DNA of 63,062 nt, filler included, from Octopus bimaculoides (Eukaryota), in assembly GCF_001194135.2 (NCBI RefSeq). It is 6 parts of 6 records of this genome, joined end to end, with 100 filler letters (N's around TTAATTAATTAA, not from the genome) between each part and the next. Parts side by side here need not be neighbours in the genome. Positions count along the whole stretch, not along the records: positions 35,919 to 41,211 come from NC_069001.1; positions 41,312 to 49,075 come from NW_026358551.1; positions 49,176 to 58,050 come from NC_068990.1; 3 more parts are not named here. One strand, 5' to 3'. Made by a program: the position numbers and the translations under genes. Positions 36,286-50,208 of the stretch are shown one piece after another; the first letter of the stretch is position 1, and every line of letters starts with the position of its first letter. The notes beneath the pieces are model-generated. The model was not told the DNA's origin, did no database searches, and was given only the letters and a program-made list of their open reading frames with translations.

Positions 36286-37145
36286 AGCATACGGTCCCGT
36301 CTCAAGAATAAGGACACGTTGTATGTAATAGATTCGTAGATAGATTATGACTAAAAATAAGACAGACTAGTCACGAATAAACGCTTTTCATCAATAACAA
36401 TATTCACCTTAGACATCAGACCACAGGGGCATTCACCTCTTTGCTTTCATATATCTACTATGGAGAAACTATGACAGTAATGGATGCTGTTCTATCACCG
36501 TCAACTGGGAACAAGATTTCATCGACATTACATCATGGTTTCAAGCTCTGATCGATGCTATCTCACTTTGATTAAACCTCCATTAGTCTTCAGAAAAGAA
36601 TTAGCATCACACATCTCTGTTTCTTGGTTCCCTTCCCTCGGTGATACTTTTCTTTCTTGGCCTCTATGTGGTCGTTCCTTTGCTAGAAATAACAGCCTTC
36701 CCTTCAAATCTACACAATATTAATCCTTTGTCTGTGCAAAACATTTTCATGAGTTGGCCCGAAACGTCCATGCTTGTTTTCAGGTTTTTAGTTACACTTT
36801 GTTTCATATGTTTTGAGTAATAGAAAGCTTTCCTTTAAAAAATCCCAAATTATTCTGGTGGTTGAAAAGAAATTGGATGTGTGCATCATATACGATGCAT
36901 GGATACAAGGGAAGTGCGCCATGTGTGTCGTATGTAATGCACAAGAGCTACCAAGAGTTAAACAAATGACACATCGGATGATTTACTCCTTGATGTATCC
37001 AAGAAAAAAATCGTGATAGCCATGACTGGAAGGGTTTTGATCAGTCCAGGTTGTCTTGAGGTTACACAACGATGACCAATGTTTAATTGCTTTCCCTTCT
37101 CCGTCAGCTGTCCGTTCAACTTAGCCTCCTCTGTATACCACCCTT

Positions 37146-37385
37146 ACAGGAGGCGCAATGGCCCAGTAGTTAGGGCAGCGGGCTCGCGGTCATAGGATTG
37201 CGGTTTCGATTCCCAGACCGGGCATTGTGAGTGTTTATTGAGCGAAAACACTTAAAGCTCCACGAAGCTCCGGCAGGGTGGTGGTGGCGAACCCTACTGT
37301 ACTCTTTCACCACGACTTTCTCTCACTCTTACTTCCTGTTTCTGTTGTGCCTGTAATTCAAAGGGTCAACCTTGTCACACTGTGA
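37146..37385 (+). mobile_element. tRNA-derived SINE, family C (3'-truncated)
   Basis: ggaggcgcaatggcccagtagttaggg (A-box-like) ... ggtttcgattccc (B-box-like). Confidence 0.85.
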
Positions 37386-37405
37386 CAAGTATATATATAT
37401 ATATC

Positions 37406-37441
<36 letters not shown>

Positions 37442-37454
37442 CGTGTATACATTT

Positions 37455-37857
37455 TTTTATTTGTTGCATTCATTAGATTGCGGCCATGCTGAGGCTCTGC
37501 CTTGAAGGGATAAGTCGAACGAATCGATCCTAGACCCCTTAAAAAAATTAACAAAAAAAAAAAAAAAAAAGATTTGGTACTTATTCTGTCGCCTCCTTTT
37601 CGTTGAACCGCTAAGTTATGGGGCATAAACAAACCAACAACGCTTGTTAAGCGATAAGGGAAGTGAAACACACACACACACACACGCATATATATGACAG
37701 GCTTCTTTCAGTTTCCGTCTACCAACTCTACTCACAAGGCTTCGGTCGGCCCAGGGCTATAGTAGAAGACGCTTACCCAAGGTGTCATGCAGTGCGACCG
37801 AACTCGGAATTGTGGTTGGGAAGGGAAGTTCTTAACACAGAGCAACGTCTGCGCCTA
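37455..37857 (-). mobile_element. tRNA-derived SINE, family A (OK-like), near full length
   Basis: Head (rc of ...gagcaacgtctgcgcc), body ttcagtttccgtctacc and tail ...gcggccatgctg; its 3' part matches 45270-45495 and 48010-48240. Confidence 0.8.
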
Positions 37858-37886
37858 TATATTCAAAAAGAGACAGACAGAGAGGC

Positions 37887-37917
<31 letters not shown>

Positions 37918-40900
37918 CTAGTCATGGTTAGAACGCTAGGTCTGTTTCGACAGAGCTTACACGGGGCTAACAGCAATCATATCAGAACTAACGGCGAAGC
38001 TTCCACGCAGTCGCTGAAATCAGCTAAAAATAGCAGCTGCTTAAAAAAACTATTAATTAAAACGATGAATTTGTTTGTGTTGTTCTTAATACAGCATGGA
38101 GAAAAAAACAAAAAAAAAAAACGAGTGTACCCTTTCATTATAGTCCTTGCTCATCCTGGGATGATCTAGAGCTTAAAGCAATAACGACCCTTACATATTA
38201 CGATTTCTATGTTAATCTGAAGGCTTTTTTTCGTTCATTCCAACTGAAATAGACCCACTTTTATCACCAGTATTTCCTTATCGACTGCAATTGTGATGTA
38301 AACATAATACGAGCGACCACATCGTGTTTCATATGCTTCGGAGAGCTGTGATGTAATATTTGTGATATGAATGTCTTTCCCTAATGTCTCATCCAGGTTA
38401 ACTATTATCGAACTGACCTTTGATCAAAAGTATTCTATCTGTGTCTTTCCCGTCTTATTTTCAGACCTAGTGTTTGGAAGAATACACTATCTAATGTAAC
38501 CCTCCTTGTGAAATTTGAAGGATATTAGCTTGCTATTTCGAGCTCTTAGATCGTGTACAGGTTATATCGATTAGCTCGATACAGGTTGTTGTTCGGCCCC
38601 ATGTCAGCCCAGGTACAACAGAGCTGTGATTAAATGTGAGACACGCCTTTAATTACAGGTCTGTCGTGACCATCCTGTCCCTTTTAAGAGTACATCTACC
38701 CTTATCCAATGTGTCTTCCCTTTTTAAAAGAAAGGAGGTGAAGATTTTTAGCTGCTGTTTCTAGCAGGACGAGCGTGCCCCATGCCGAAGGCGAAGTGAA
38801 ATGGAAGTGGATGGCAGAATCGGTAGAGCGTGAGACAAACTGCCTCCGATATTCAGTGTTCGCTTTACACTCTGCGTTTAAACTCCGCCGAAGTTACCTT
38901 TACATTTCATCCTTCCTGGAGCCCCAAAAATATAAAGCACTTAAGCCGATATATTATGATATTCGTATGAAGTATCCTAGATGTAAATGTAATGAAGAAA
39001 TGGCTCAAAGAGGGAACTGAAACTCGATCACGGATCGAATTACCGTGGAGATGGCAATATTTAAAAAATAATAATGCAAAGGATTTGTGAGCTGCTCATG
39101 CACTTTTCAAGGTCATTAGTAGTCTGAAATGTTGAGGGACCAGCATGGAATCGGAAAACCTATCACAGTCAGATTTTACGTTCTAATATTATAATCATTT
39201 ATTTTCTTTGCTCAAATGACAGAGAAAGAGATGAAATATTTATGCCTCCTTTTCTTAAAGGTATGGGTAGCGCGATAACAAAGAGGATTTGCATCAACTA
39301 AGAATCGAACCTGAGCCGGAATTTCGATTCAGCAGAAAACCTAACGTTTTTGCACCCCAATACTCGTCGAATTTTATAATAACAATGATAATTAACAACA
39401 CGTGTTACATACAAATTGAGTGTATGTAGTAAAAGTTTAGTAGCGTTGCTACATATTGATTAGCAGTTCAAATTTTGATGAAATCTGCATTGTTTTTTTA
39501 ATTCCTCCAGGGTCGATAAACCAAATACAGTGAGATCGCTTCAGTCCGAAGCACTCCTCACTCTATCAGAACATGGGCCTTGTGCCTAACCCTCCCAAAA
39601 AAACAATAAAAATCATATAATTAATAAACATATTTTATTTTCACTATCTCATTTATAGTGAAGTGCTTTTGTTATTCGTTCCACGCTTTAACTGTAATAT
39701 ACTGGCCTTAATCTGGCCTCTGCCGTCCAATCTGCGGAAGGGAAACATTTTTTCTTCTCTCTTTCCGTAAAGAGCGACAGTTAATCAGTCTCTACTATTA
39801 CTGCTACTCACACTCTTACTCCTCCTCTTTTTCTTTTTCCTCTCTCTATATTTCTCTATCTCTCAGTATTTTCTCTTCTCTCTCCCGCTTTCTCTCTATA
39901 CCTCTCTTTTTCTCTATCCACCTCTTCCCATCCCTCTAGTTTTTCTCCCTAATTTCAATTATAGCGTTTTTATTAAATTTCCTCTCACCAACACCACCAA
40001 CGCCACCACCATTAACATTACTACTACTACTACTACTACTACTTGTCTTACGATTATTTTCAGTCCCCCTCTCTCATATACTCCTTCGTTTCTATTTCCG
40101 CTCCTCCTCCTCTCTCTTTGATCGTTTCACCTCCTCCCTTCATTTCAATTATGTTGTGTTTTATATTAACTTTCTCTCTCACCCCCTTCGTTTTGCACAG
40201 CATCACTCACCTCTCTCTCTCTAAATACACACACACACACACATATATACATACATAGACGCACACATGTATGATGCGATGTGTGTATAATACAAATAGA
40301 ATAACTAGCTTGAACACAATATTGCCGTAATTTTCGTACATGTACAAGCAATCAGACATCACACGGGGGTCGACACAACTTGGAGTGAGTGCGTGATTGA
40401 GTGAGTAGAAGACAGCGTTAAGAGGACGAAAATAGTCAGTTTACAGCGGAGAGAAAGGTAAAAAAAGCATTAAAAACATAATAATAATAATAATAATAAT
40501 GATAGATATAATAGTAAGGAGCGGGAGGAAGAAAGAACGCGAGTAGAAAGAGGGTGATTGTATTATAGAAAGGTGTGTGTGTGTGTGTGTTATGATAGAG
40601 AGACAGAAGAAGAAAGCAAGGCAAAAAGCAGTGCTTGCACCTCCAGCAATTAACCGCTTCTGACTCGACCCTAGCAACACTGTTAGTGCCATTAATAACG
40701 AGTACCGCTTGCCATCAACATCACTAGGTTTTCAGTCGCTCTAATCATATAGAAACAGTAAAAAAAGAAAAAGAAAATTAATTCCCCCCTCCCCAACAGC
40801 AGCACACATATTTGACGCTGTGATATTATTACATTTTTAGTAACACGATCATTATTATTATTATCACCACTATTACTATATACATCGGTTAAAATTACTG

Positions 40901-41162
40901 ATTTCTCAACTTCATTACTGAGTTTATATTATATTCGTGTAATTGGAAATATGTAAAAAGAAAACAAACGACCACAACAAAAACAACACGACACAAAAAA
41001 GGCGAAAACGACGGAAAAAAAAAGACAATTACAATTTTTTTCTTAAACTGTTCGAGTCTTCTGCTCTTCAAAGGTAACTTCATCTCTTAACGGAATACAT
41101 ATGTATGTACAACATATTAATTTTTTTTATTGTGTGTGTGCGCATATATATATATATATATA

Positions 41163-41211
<49 letters not shown>

Positions 41212-41396
41212 NNNNNNNNNNNNNNNNNNNNNNNNNNNNNNNNNNNNNNNNNNNNTTAATTAATTAANNNNNNNNNNNNNNNNNNNNNNNNNNNNNNNNN
41301 NNNNNNNNNNNCTTGTTTTCGTTCTTCAGACTGAATATGTTTATAATGTGAGACAAATGTCTTTCCTGCGGTAGGTAAAAAGACTAAACATAACTT

Positions 41397-41453
<57 letters not shown>

Positions 41454-42229
41454 AAGAAAAACTTTCCAGAAAACACGTAAACCATCACCAAATTAAAACA
41501 AAGATGGAGAAAGCGAGATCCCCTTCCCACTTTAAAAAAAAAAGTATCTAAGCAAAAAACCAAATTGATGTTTCTACCAGATAAACGACAACTGGTAGAA
41601 AGTACGGCATAGAGTTGTAAGGTAAATAACAAGGCCGCAAAATAGCGAGTGAAAAAGAACAAAACGGTCTGAGTTAATTTCTAATAGCGTTCGTGTTTCA
41701 TTTTCTTTTCTTTTCACCGTATAATGGTTTTGTAATTATCTTTTCCTTGTTTTTCTGTCTTAAATGTATTTACACTACCGTAACCATATCGACCCCAGTA
41801 ATTGTCTAGTAATTTTCTTCTTCTTGTTTCTTTTGTAGATGTTTCTTGTTGTTCAGTCCAGAGTCAGTCATGACGAAGCAGGCCAACATTGTTATCAAAA
41901 TCCGTTCCGTTCGCGGCCATCCCATCTCCATAAGCGGTGCAATTTTGTTCGCTGAAATTATAAACAACACTATGGGTTCTTGTTAGATTTATTGGTCCGG
42001 GGATACTTCTAAGGACTGACGAGGAACAACATATATCAAAACAACGGTGTCTTATTATCTCTTATTCTAATGATTCGAGTGTTTTATAAGCACGTACTAT
42101 ATTCCCCGGCATACAAGTCGATGCACGATTAAGCGTCAACATGTATAAACGTCCAAACATCGTCACTACCTTTCCAAATTCTGCTGCATTTCATATAGAA
42201 GATTTGGTCCTGCAAATACTTGTATATAT

Positions 42230-42550
42230 ATGTGGGCGTACATGGTAGATAAATGGTGATACACATGGTGTGAAAACAGTGGTGCAATATCTGTTGCACA
42301 CATGATGATGCACATGGACAGGCACATGGAGAAGAACGTGGTGAATATCGTGAGGTGTAAATTTTTGTGCATCTGTTGTGCATATGATGATGCATATAAT
42401 AAGCCCATAGTGATGCATATAGAGATGCACATGAGACCCACATGGCAACTCACATAATGCGAAAATTGCGGTGCATCTGTCGTGCACATGGTGACCCATG
42501 GCTCTGTACACGGTAATGCGCATAATATGCACACGTTAATTGCAGGTGGT
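42230..42550. repeat. Degenerate 12-bp-period repeat (gatgcacatggt-like) inside three ~90-100-bp higher-order units
   Basis: Units such as gatgcacatgga, caggcacatgga, gatacacatggt, tctgtacacggt; the gtgca(ata)tctgt anchor recurs near 42280, 42368 and 42470. Confidence 0.6.
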
Positions 42551-43707
42551 GTTGCACATTGAAGCAGGCTCCGAAACAAAATGATACCAAATAGGAATAT
42601 AATTACATGAAACGGTAAGATATTCGTGTCGCAGACATGGTTCCATGGAATTTTGCCAAAATATTACAATGTACGTCACAGGTCCACATATAAAATTTTT
42701 TTTTATATCAACAACAACAACAACAACAACAGCAACAGCAACAGCAGCAACAACAACAACAGCAACAATTGTAGCAGCAACAGTAACGGCAGCAAGGACA
42801 GAAACAACGAAGTTATTGTAATGTCTATTTTGCAACATGGCGGAAAGTTTTTCAATGAGGTGGAAGAGGAATTGGTGGTGGTGGTGGGCATGGTGGGAGG
42901 GAGACGGAGTTGAAGGAAATGTACAAGATGTTTTGCGAATTTCACAGAAAAATATTCAATTTAGAGAACTGGAAAAAAATATTCTTCGTTTCTAATACTT
43001 CACTGTATTTGTCGAGACAGCAGAAATNNNNNNNNNNNNNNNNNNNNNNNNNNNNNNNNNNNNNNNNNNNNNNNNNNNNNNNNNNNNNNNNNNNNNNNNN
43101 NNNNNNNNNNNNNNNNNNNNNNNNNNNNNNNNNNNNNNNNNNNNNNNNNNNNNNNNNNNNNNNNNNNNNNNNNNNNNNNNNNNNNNNNNNNNNNNNNNNN
43201 NNNNNNNNNNNNNNNNNNNNNNNNNNNNNNNNNNNNNNNNNNNNNNNNNNNNNNNNNNNNNNNNNNNNNNNNNNNNNNNNNNNNNNNNNNNNNNNNNNNN
43301 NNNNNNNNNNNNNNNNNNNNNNNNNNNNNNNNNNNNNNNNNNNNNNNNNNNNNNNNNNNNNNNNNNNNNNNNNNNNNNNNNNNNNNNNNNNNNNNNNNNN
43401 NNNNNNNNNNNNNNNNNNNNNNNNNNNNNNNNNNNNNNNNNNNNNNNNNNNNNNNNNNNNNNNNNNNNNNNNNNNNNNNNNNNNNNNNNNNNNNNNNNNN
43501 NNNNNNNNNNNNNNNNNNNNNNNNNNNNNNNNNNNNNNNNNNNNNNNNNNNNNNNNNNNNNNNNNNNNNNNNNNNNNNNNNNNNNNNNNNNNNNNNNNNN
43601 NNNNNNNNNNNNNNNNNNNNNNNNNNNNNNNNNNNNNNNNNNNNNNNNNNNNNNNNNNNNNNNNNNNNNNNNNNNNNNNNNNNNNNNNNTATATATACAT
43701 ATATATG

Positions 43708-43768
<61 letters not shown>

Positions 43769-44119
43769 CATAATGCGAAAAGATAGTGAGAGAGAAACAT
43801 ACAGGCACACAGACAGACAGAGAGAGTGATGAGGAAGATGTAAAACCTTATATTAAGCCATGAAAATCTCCATCAATTGAATTTCTCGTTTGTGATTAAA
43901 TTCTGTTGGTCCAAAATATGTTTGGACGTTGCATAAAACTTCATATTCAATTACTGAAATATTCGTTTTGCTTGTTTGTATCTTTATACATAATTCGTAG
44001 TTTGGATAAGCTCCATGATTTCTTTATTTTTCACCTTTATCGAAAGAGTTGTAGATATGTGTATGCATGTATGTGTGTATATATATACATATACATACAT
44101 ACATACATANNNNNNNNNN

Positions 44120-44162
<43 letters not shown>

Positions 44163-44273
44163 TCATATGCATGTGTGTGTGTGTGTGTGTTCTTTCAGGT
44201 ATTTTTCAAACTATAGACAAAAATAATAAATATAACATGAGTGATGTTGATGATGATGATGATGGTAATAATG

Positions 44274-44322
<49 letters not shown>

Positions 44323-44444
44323 GACGAAGAAGAAGACGAAGAAGAAGAAGAAGAAAAAGAAGAAGAGAAATGTAGTTTACTGTGTTATTAAACATGGCGG
44401 ACAGCATCATGTGTTTTTTTTCAACGTTGAAATATGTATAAAAA

Positions 44445-44516
<72 letters not shown>

Positions 44517-45149
44517 NNNNNNNNNNNNNNNNNNNNNNNNNNNNNNNNNNNNNNNNNNNNNNNNNNNNNNNNNNNNNNNNNNNNNNNNNNNNNNNNNNNN
44601 NNNNNNNNNNNNNNNNNNNNNNNNNNNNNNNNNNNNNNNNNNNNNNNNNNNNNNNNNNNNNNNNNNNNNNNNNNNNNNNNNNNNNNNNNNNNNNNNNNNN
44701 NNNNNNNNNNNNNNNNNNNNNNNNNNNNNNNNNNNNNNNNNNNNNNNNNNNNNNNNNNNNNNNNNNNNNNNNNNNNNNNNNNNNNNNNNNNNNNNNNNNN
44801 NNNNNNNNNNNNNNNNNNNNNNNNNNNNNNNNNNNNNNNNNNNNNNNNNNNNNNNNNNNNNNNNNNNNNNNNNNNNNNNNNNNNNNNNNNNNNNNNNNNN
44901 NNNNNNNNNNNNNNNNNNNNNNNNNNNNNNNNNNNNNNNNNNNNNNNNNNNNNNNNNNNNNNNNNNNNNNNNNNNNNNNNNNNNNNNNNNNNNNNNNNNN
45001 NNNNNNNNNNNNNNNNNNNNNNNNNNNNNNNNNNNNNNNNNNNNNNNNNNNNNNNNNNNNNNNNNNNNNNNNNNNNNNNNNNNNNNNNNNNNNNNNNNNN
45101 NNNNNNNNNNNNNNNNNNNNNNNNNNNNNNNNNNNNNNNNNNNNNNNNN

Positions 45150-45184
<35 letters not shown>

Positions 45185-45269
45185 TATATATACATATATA
45201 TATTTATATAAATAAATATAAGTACATATATATGTATATATACATACATATATATGCATATCTATAGAC

Positions 45270-45495
45270 ATATGTGTGTTTCTGTCAGAGTTTGTCCCCC
45301 TCACAACCGATTGACAAGCAGTGTTGTTGGGTTTACGTCCACGTAACTTGGCGGTTCGGCAAAAGATACCGATAGAATAAGTACCCGGCTTAGAAGATGA
45401 GCCCTGAGTCGATTCCTTCGACTAAAACCCTTCAAGGCAGTGCCCCAGCATGGCCGCAGTCTAATGACTGAAACAAGTAAAAGATTGAAAAGATA
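45270..45495 (+). mobile_element. 3' half of SINE family A
   Basis: gtaacttggcggttcggcaaaagataccgatagaataagtac...ccagcatggccgcagtctaatgactgaaacaagtaaaaga. Confidence 0.8.
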
Positions 45496-45497
45496 TG

Positions 45498-45528
<31 letters not shown>

Positions 45529-46789
45529 GCATATATACGTGTGTATGTATAATGATAATAAGTTTACACAATATGGTATTTCGAGTTAAAAATTCTTTAT
45601 CATGCAAAAAGAGAGTTTTTTTTTTATCTTACATGAAAAAAATTTCATTCGAATTATCAAATCATGTAAATTAAATTTTATTCATTTTATGTAAAAGTAA
45701 ATCTCTGCATTATAAGGCTTCTATTTTCGTTTTTTGTTACAAATGAAAGCATGTCTACCTCGCCACCACGCTCCTCCTACATCACCCACCCCACCATTAC
45801 AACTTCGCCCCCCACCTGTTCGACCACATCAATGACCGAGAATTGTTGAGTCAACGCTGCAAACAGACCTGACTTATTCTCAACCCAAATTCCACGTGTT
45901 GCATAATATTTTTCTTGTGTTCTTGTGACAGGATCAGCAAAGTTGTGGAATAATCACGTGATTCTTTGAAGATTCTACGGATGTATAAATGGGAATTGAT
46001 TGAGGTTCCCATTGTAAAATGGCCATATATCGGAATGAATAGTTGTGCCAGGGGGAATATATTTTTCAATAATTACTAACGATCTTGTTGCAGTCGAAAT
46101 CTAGAATAATTATGGTAAATCCAATACTGTTTACTGGATGAATTCCATATCAGTGTCACCATTTCTCAAAGACTATTTTCTGCCTTTTACTTGTTGCAGT
46201 CATTGAGCATCGAGCGGTCAAACTGGGGCACTGCCTTGAAGGGTTTTAGTCGTACAAATTGGCCATAATACTTATTTTTTAAAATTCTATCGGTCACTTC
46301 AGCAGATTAGCTTACTGGAATGTAAACAAACCAACACCGGTTCTTAAGTTGTAGTAGAACACACACAAACACACACACGCGCGCGTATATTGTTGACTTA
46401 AGAATTACGTATTTTCGAGAAAAATGTGAAATTATTCTTTTTGGAACAGTCAGTCTCGAAGCACATAATGCTGTAAATAATTGCATTATAGGAAAAGTGT
46501 TTTACAACCTAATATTTAAAGGTTGTCTTTTACACCATTATGTATTCATATATATATGTATATATGTATATACATATATATACATGAATGTATACATATA
46601 TACATATATATATGCATACATACATAATATAAATATACATACAAACATCCCCCCACACGCACACATACAGAATCAGCCATTCAAGCAATGTAAAGAATTT
46701 ATCTATGGATATCATCTAGTGAATAATATCGTAATCAAATTGATTCTATTCTCTGCTGAAGAGAAGGAAGAGTGAAATTGTTCAGTTTG

Positions 46790-47610
46790 CCAAAATTATG
46801 CCAAGGGGCTGATTGCGGAACGAATCAGAAACTGCTTATATCAAAGATGAAATTAAAATTGAAGAACCAGAAACAAAGAAAGAAGCCTCAGAGATGTATT
46901 CCTTAAGCATTAGCAAAAAATTACGTCATGGATGTTAAGAATCGCTTTATAACCATTAATTACTTTGGCAGATGTCCTGAAGAGTGATGGAAAGAAATGG
47001 AAGACGTTCTTTCAAGAGGCAGTAAGAAATCATTTTACAAGAAATGAAAAAAGAAAAGATGGAATCACAAAATGAGTTTCATCAACAACAATAGGAATTG
47101 CAGAAAAACGGCAGCAGGCAGAAGTAGTAGAAGATATTGGATAGATTGAATAGGGAATTCCATGTAGCAGCCAGAAAAAAAGGTAATTATTTGAAGGAGG
47201 AATGTAAAAGAGCAGAAGAAAATCAACAGAATGGAAGGATTCGAAGCCACTCCAAGAATATAAGAGAAATTATTGGAATGTTTGTCTCTAGAATCGGATT
47301 TGTTATGTAAGTGATCGGAGATACCATTATCATACACAATGGAATGAATAAACAGAAGAGTTGCACAAAAGGGATGTGTAACACCGCGAAGAATTTAACA
47401 TCAATGAAGTGAGAGAAGAAACCAAAACATAATAGAAGCAGAAATACGTTGGACAATTTCTTGAAGAAGAACAAGAGGAAGCACAACATTCCGATGGCAT
47501 TCTCATTGAACAGTTGAAAACAGCGGATGTAGATAGCATTTATTATTGAATCATTTACAGAACTTTGACAAAATACTCAGAAGCTTTAACCAATTGCCAA
47601 GAGAGTGAAA
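46790..47610 (+). mobile_element. Decayed RTE/BovB-like LINE ORF fragment (post-endonuclease region)
   Basis: gctgattgcggaacgaatcagaaactgcttatatcaaagatgaaattaaaattg = ADCGTNQKLLISKMKLKL, like RTE PGADCGSDHxLLIAKxKLKLK; multiple stops. Confidence 0.65.
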
Positions 47611-48009
47611 CAAGTCAATATATATATATATATATATANNNNNNNNNNNNNNNNNNNNNNNNNNNNNNNNNNNNNNNNNNNNNNNNNNNNNNNNNNNNNN
47701 NNNNNNNNNNNNNNNNNNNNNNNNNNNNNNNNNNNNNNNNNNNNNNNNNNNNNNNNNNNNNNNNNNNNNNNNNNNNNNNNNNNNNNNNNNNNNNNNNNNN
47801 NNNNNNNNNNNNNNNNNNNNNNNNNNNNNNNNNNNNNNNNNNNNNNNNNNNNNNNNNNNNNNNNNNNNNNNNNNNNNNNNNNNNNNNNNNTCTTGGTGTA
47901 CCTGCTGACGAAGACTTCGCCTAGCAAATTTATTTAAAAAAGTCCAGGAAATAGATGGTAAATTTTAGAAAAATAAAAAAGAAATAAGTCGAAATTTTAC
48001 CGGTATGTT

Positions 48010-48240
48010 AAATTATAAGGCACTTGTGTATGCGTTTATTCTCACCCCAGTTTGACAACCGGTGTAGGTTTGTTTACGTCGCTCTAACTTAGTGTTTCGA
48101 CAAACGAGACCGATAAAATAAATACTAGACTTAACAAAAATAAGTACTGGGGGCGGGGGTGGGGGGCTGTCTGTTCGTTCGACTTCAGGACAGTGCTCCA
48201 GTATGGACGCAGTCAAAAGACCAAAACAAGTAAACGATAA
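48010..48240 (+). mobile_element. 3' half of SINE family A
   Basis: Same tail as 45270-45495. Confidence 0.75.
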
Positions 48241-48589
48241 AAATAATGGTTAAATGTAACAGGACTCGAAACCTTTATTTAGAAAACGACGTTACAGAAT
48301 CTGGGGATATTGAACGATTTACAGTCGGAAAAAATGGGGGTTAGACAAAATTTCTTGTTTTTCTTCTATACTTTTCAAGTTGTGCCATAAAAATACCGCA
48401 TAGAAAGATCGATGAGTTGAGATGGAAGAATTTAAAATGGCGGCCGAGACGATTAAGAGTGTGAAATAGACGGATATAAGAGCTTTGTTGGTAGAAAATA
48501 AAGGCGATATGAGAATAATGCTGGATAATGTAAGAGAAGAAACTACAAAGACTAGATTGAAAGTAAAATATCACGATTTATTAAAGTTA

Positions 48590-48920
48590 TTTGGACTTTA
48601 GATTTAAATGTATTTGAGGTGAGAGATCAGACGGTAGATGTAGTGAATGAGTTCTTGAAAGAAAAGGAAGATGGAAGATGCTGAAAAGAAATTGAAAGAA
48701 GAATTGCTCTTGGAATAGCTGCCATGATCAGACTACGGAAAATTATGAAAGATAAAAGAACGTCGCAAAGAAGAAAAGAGTGATTGTTAAAATCTATGGC
48801 ATATCTTGTAAGGATGGATGGATGGATGGATGGAAGGACGGGCGGATGGTTAAAGCGGGAGAATTTAATATACAAAGCTGAAGGAATACTTGTGGACTTG
48901 TGATAATGGTGTGGGAAAAG
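48590..48920 (+). mobile_element. RTE LINE reverse-transcriptase C-terminal fragment
   Basis: VDVVNEF..KEIERRIALGIAAMIRLRKIMKDK; collinear with 46790-47610. Confidence 0.65.
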
Positions 48921-49466
48921 ATTATTGAAAAAGAAGGCAGTTAGCTAGCCGAATCGTTACCGCGCCGGACAAAATGCATGGCGTTACTTCTTTCGGTCCT
49001 TTACGTTCTGATTGCAGATTCCGTCGATGTTGACTACACCTTTCGCCATTTCGAGCATTGGGTTCAAATAATTGGNNNNNNNNNNNNNNNNNNNNNNNNN
49101 NNNNNNNNNNNNNNNNNNNTTAATTAATTAANNNNNNNNNNNNNNNNNNNNNNNNNNNNNNNNNNNNNNNNNNNNGGGCTCTATACCCCTTTCTTATTTT
49201 TTCTGACCAGGCTCCCGTGGTTTTATGGGTTTTTCCACGTGTAACCTTTCCTTTTTCGAAGCGCCTCCCCCTTTGGGAGTTCTATTTATTTATTTATCTA
49301 TTTATTCATCTATTTATTTATTATATCTTTCTCCGTTTTCTTCCTCTGTTTAGACCAACTTTCCTACCTTTTCGGACAAAACCTTTTGTAACCTTCGTCC
49401 TGTCTTTGTCCTTATATGTTTTTAATTGATATTAGCGCTTGTGGCCAATAAAACGAATTAATTATT

Positions 49467-49507
<41 letters not shown>

Positions 49508-49852
49508 TATTATTATTAGCAGTACCCGTGGTAATTCCACGGTTATTTTAAAAATTGTTTTATGAAATTGTATATTTTTCAAACATTTGATTCTTGTGAT
49601 GTAAAAATCCACGCAGGCCGTATTGAAGTGCAATCAGTCACTCAATCAATCAATCAATCAAATTGTTTATCAATCTATTTGTCTATCTTTTATAGCCTAC
49701 TTACATTTCTGTCGATGTACGTATCTGTCTACTCTCACATTACGGATAAACATTTAAACTGAATAACTAAAAAAACTTAAACTGCGGTGCCCCAGCATGG
49801 CTTTAGAGGGAGATATATAGTTTTTTTTTTGTTTTTGTTTTTTTTTTTTGCA

Positions 49853-50208
49853 ATCCTAACGTGTATAAGCAGTGGTTAGGCAAGTTCTAGCTTCCGGAAC
49901 CTGTTGTCAAACATGGGTGTTTTGACAAGGCGATGCTCTACGTCCGGTGGAATTATAAGGGGATAATTCTTTACAAGTTCGTTCCGGACGGTCGAACCAT
50001 CGATGTACTCTGAACATCTGGAGCGGATGTATGCCATTGTGCGACAGAAATAATTGGTATTGACTATCAGAAAACCAGCTCTTCTGCAGCAAGACAACGC
50101 AAGACCTTATACTGCTCAAACAACCCACAATAAACACCAGGAACTTGAAGGAATCAAGCTGATGCCAAGTTTCATCGGATAATTACTTGTTCCGATCCAT
50201 GGCTCAAT
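49853..50208 (+). mobile_element. Mariner (DD34D) transposase fragment
   Basis: KQWLG..KAMLYVRWNYKGII..YSEHLERMY..LLQQDNARPYTAQTT..SDNYLFRSMAQ, with stops and a deletion of the YSPDL motif. Confidence 0.8.

Noticed and set aside
49876-50137. Minus-strand ORFs as a possible gypsy integrase continuation
   Set aside because: They are antisense to a clear plus-strand mariner fragment.
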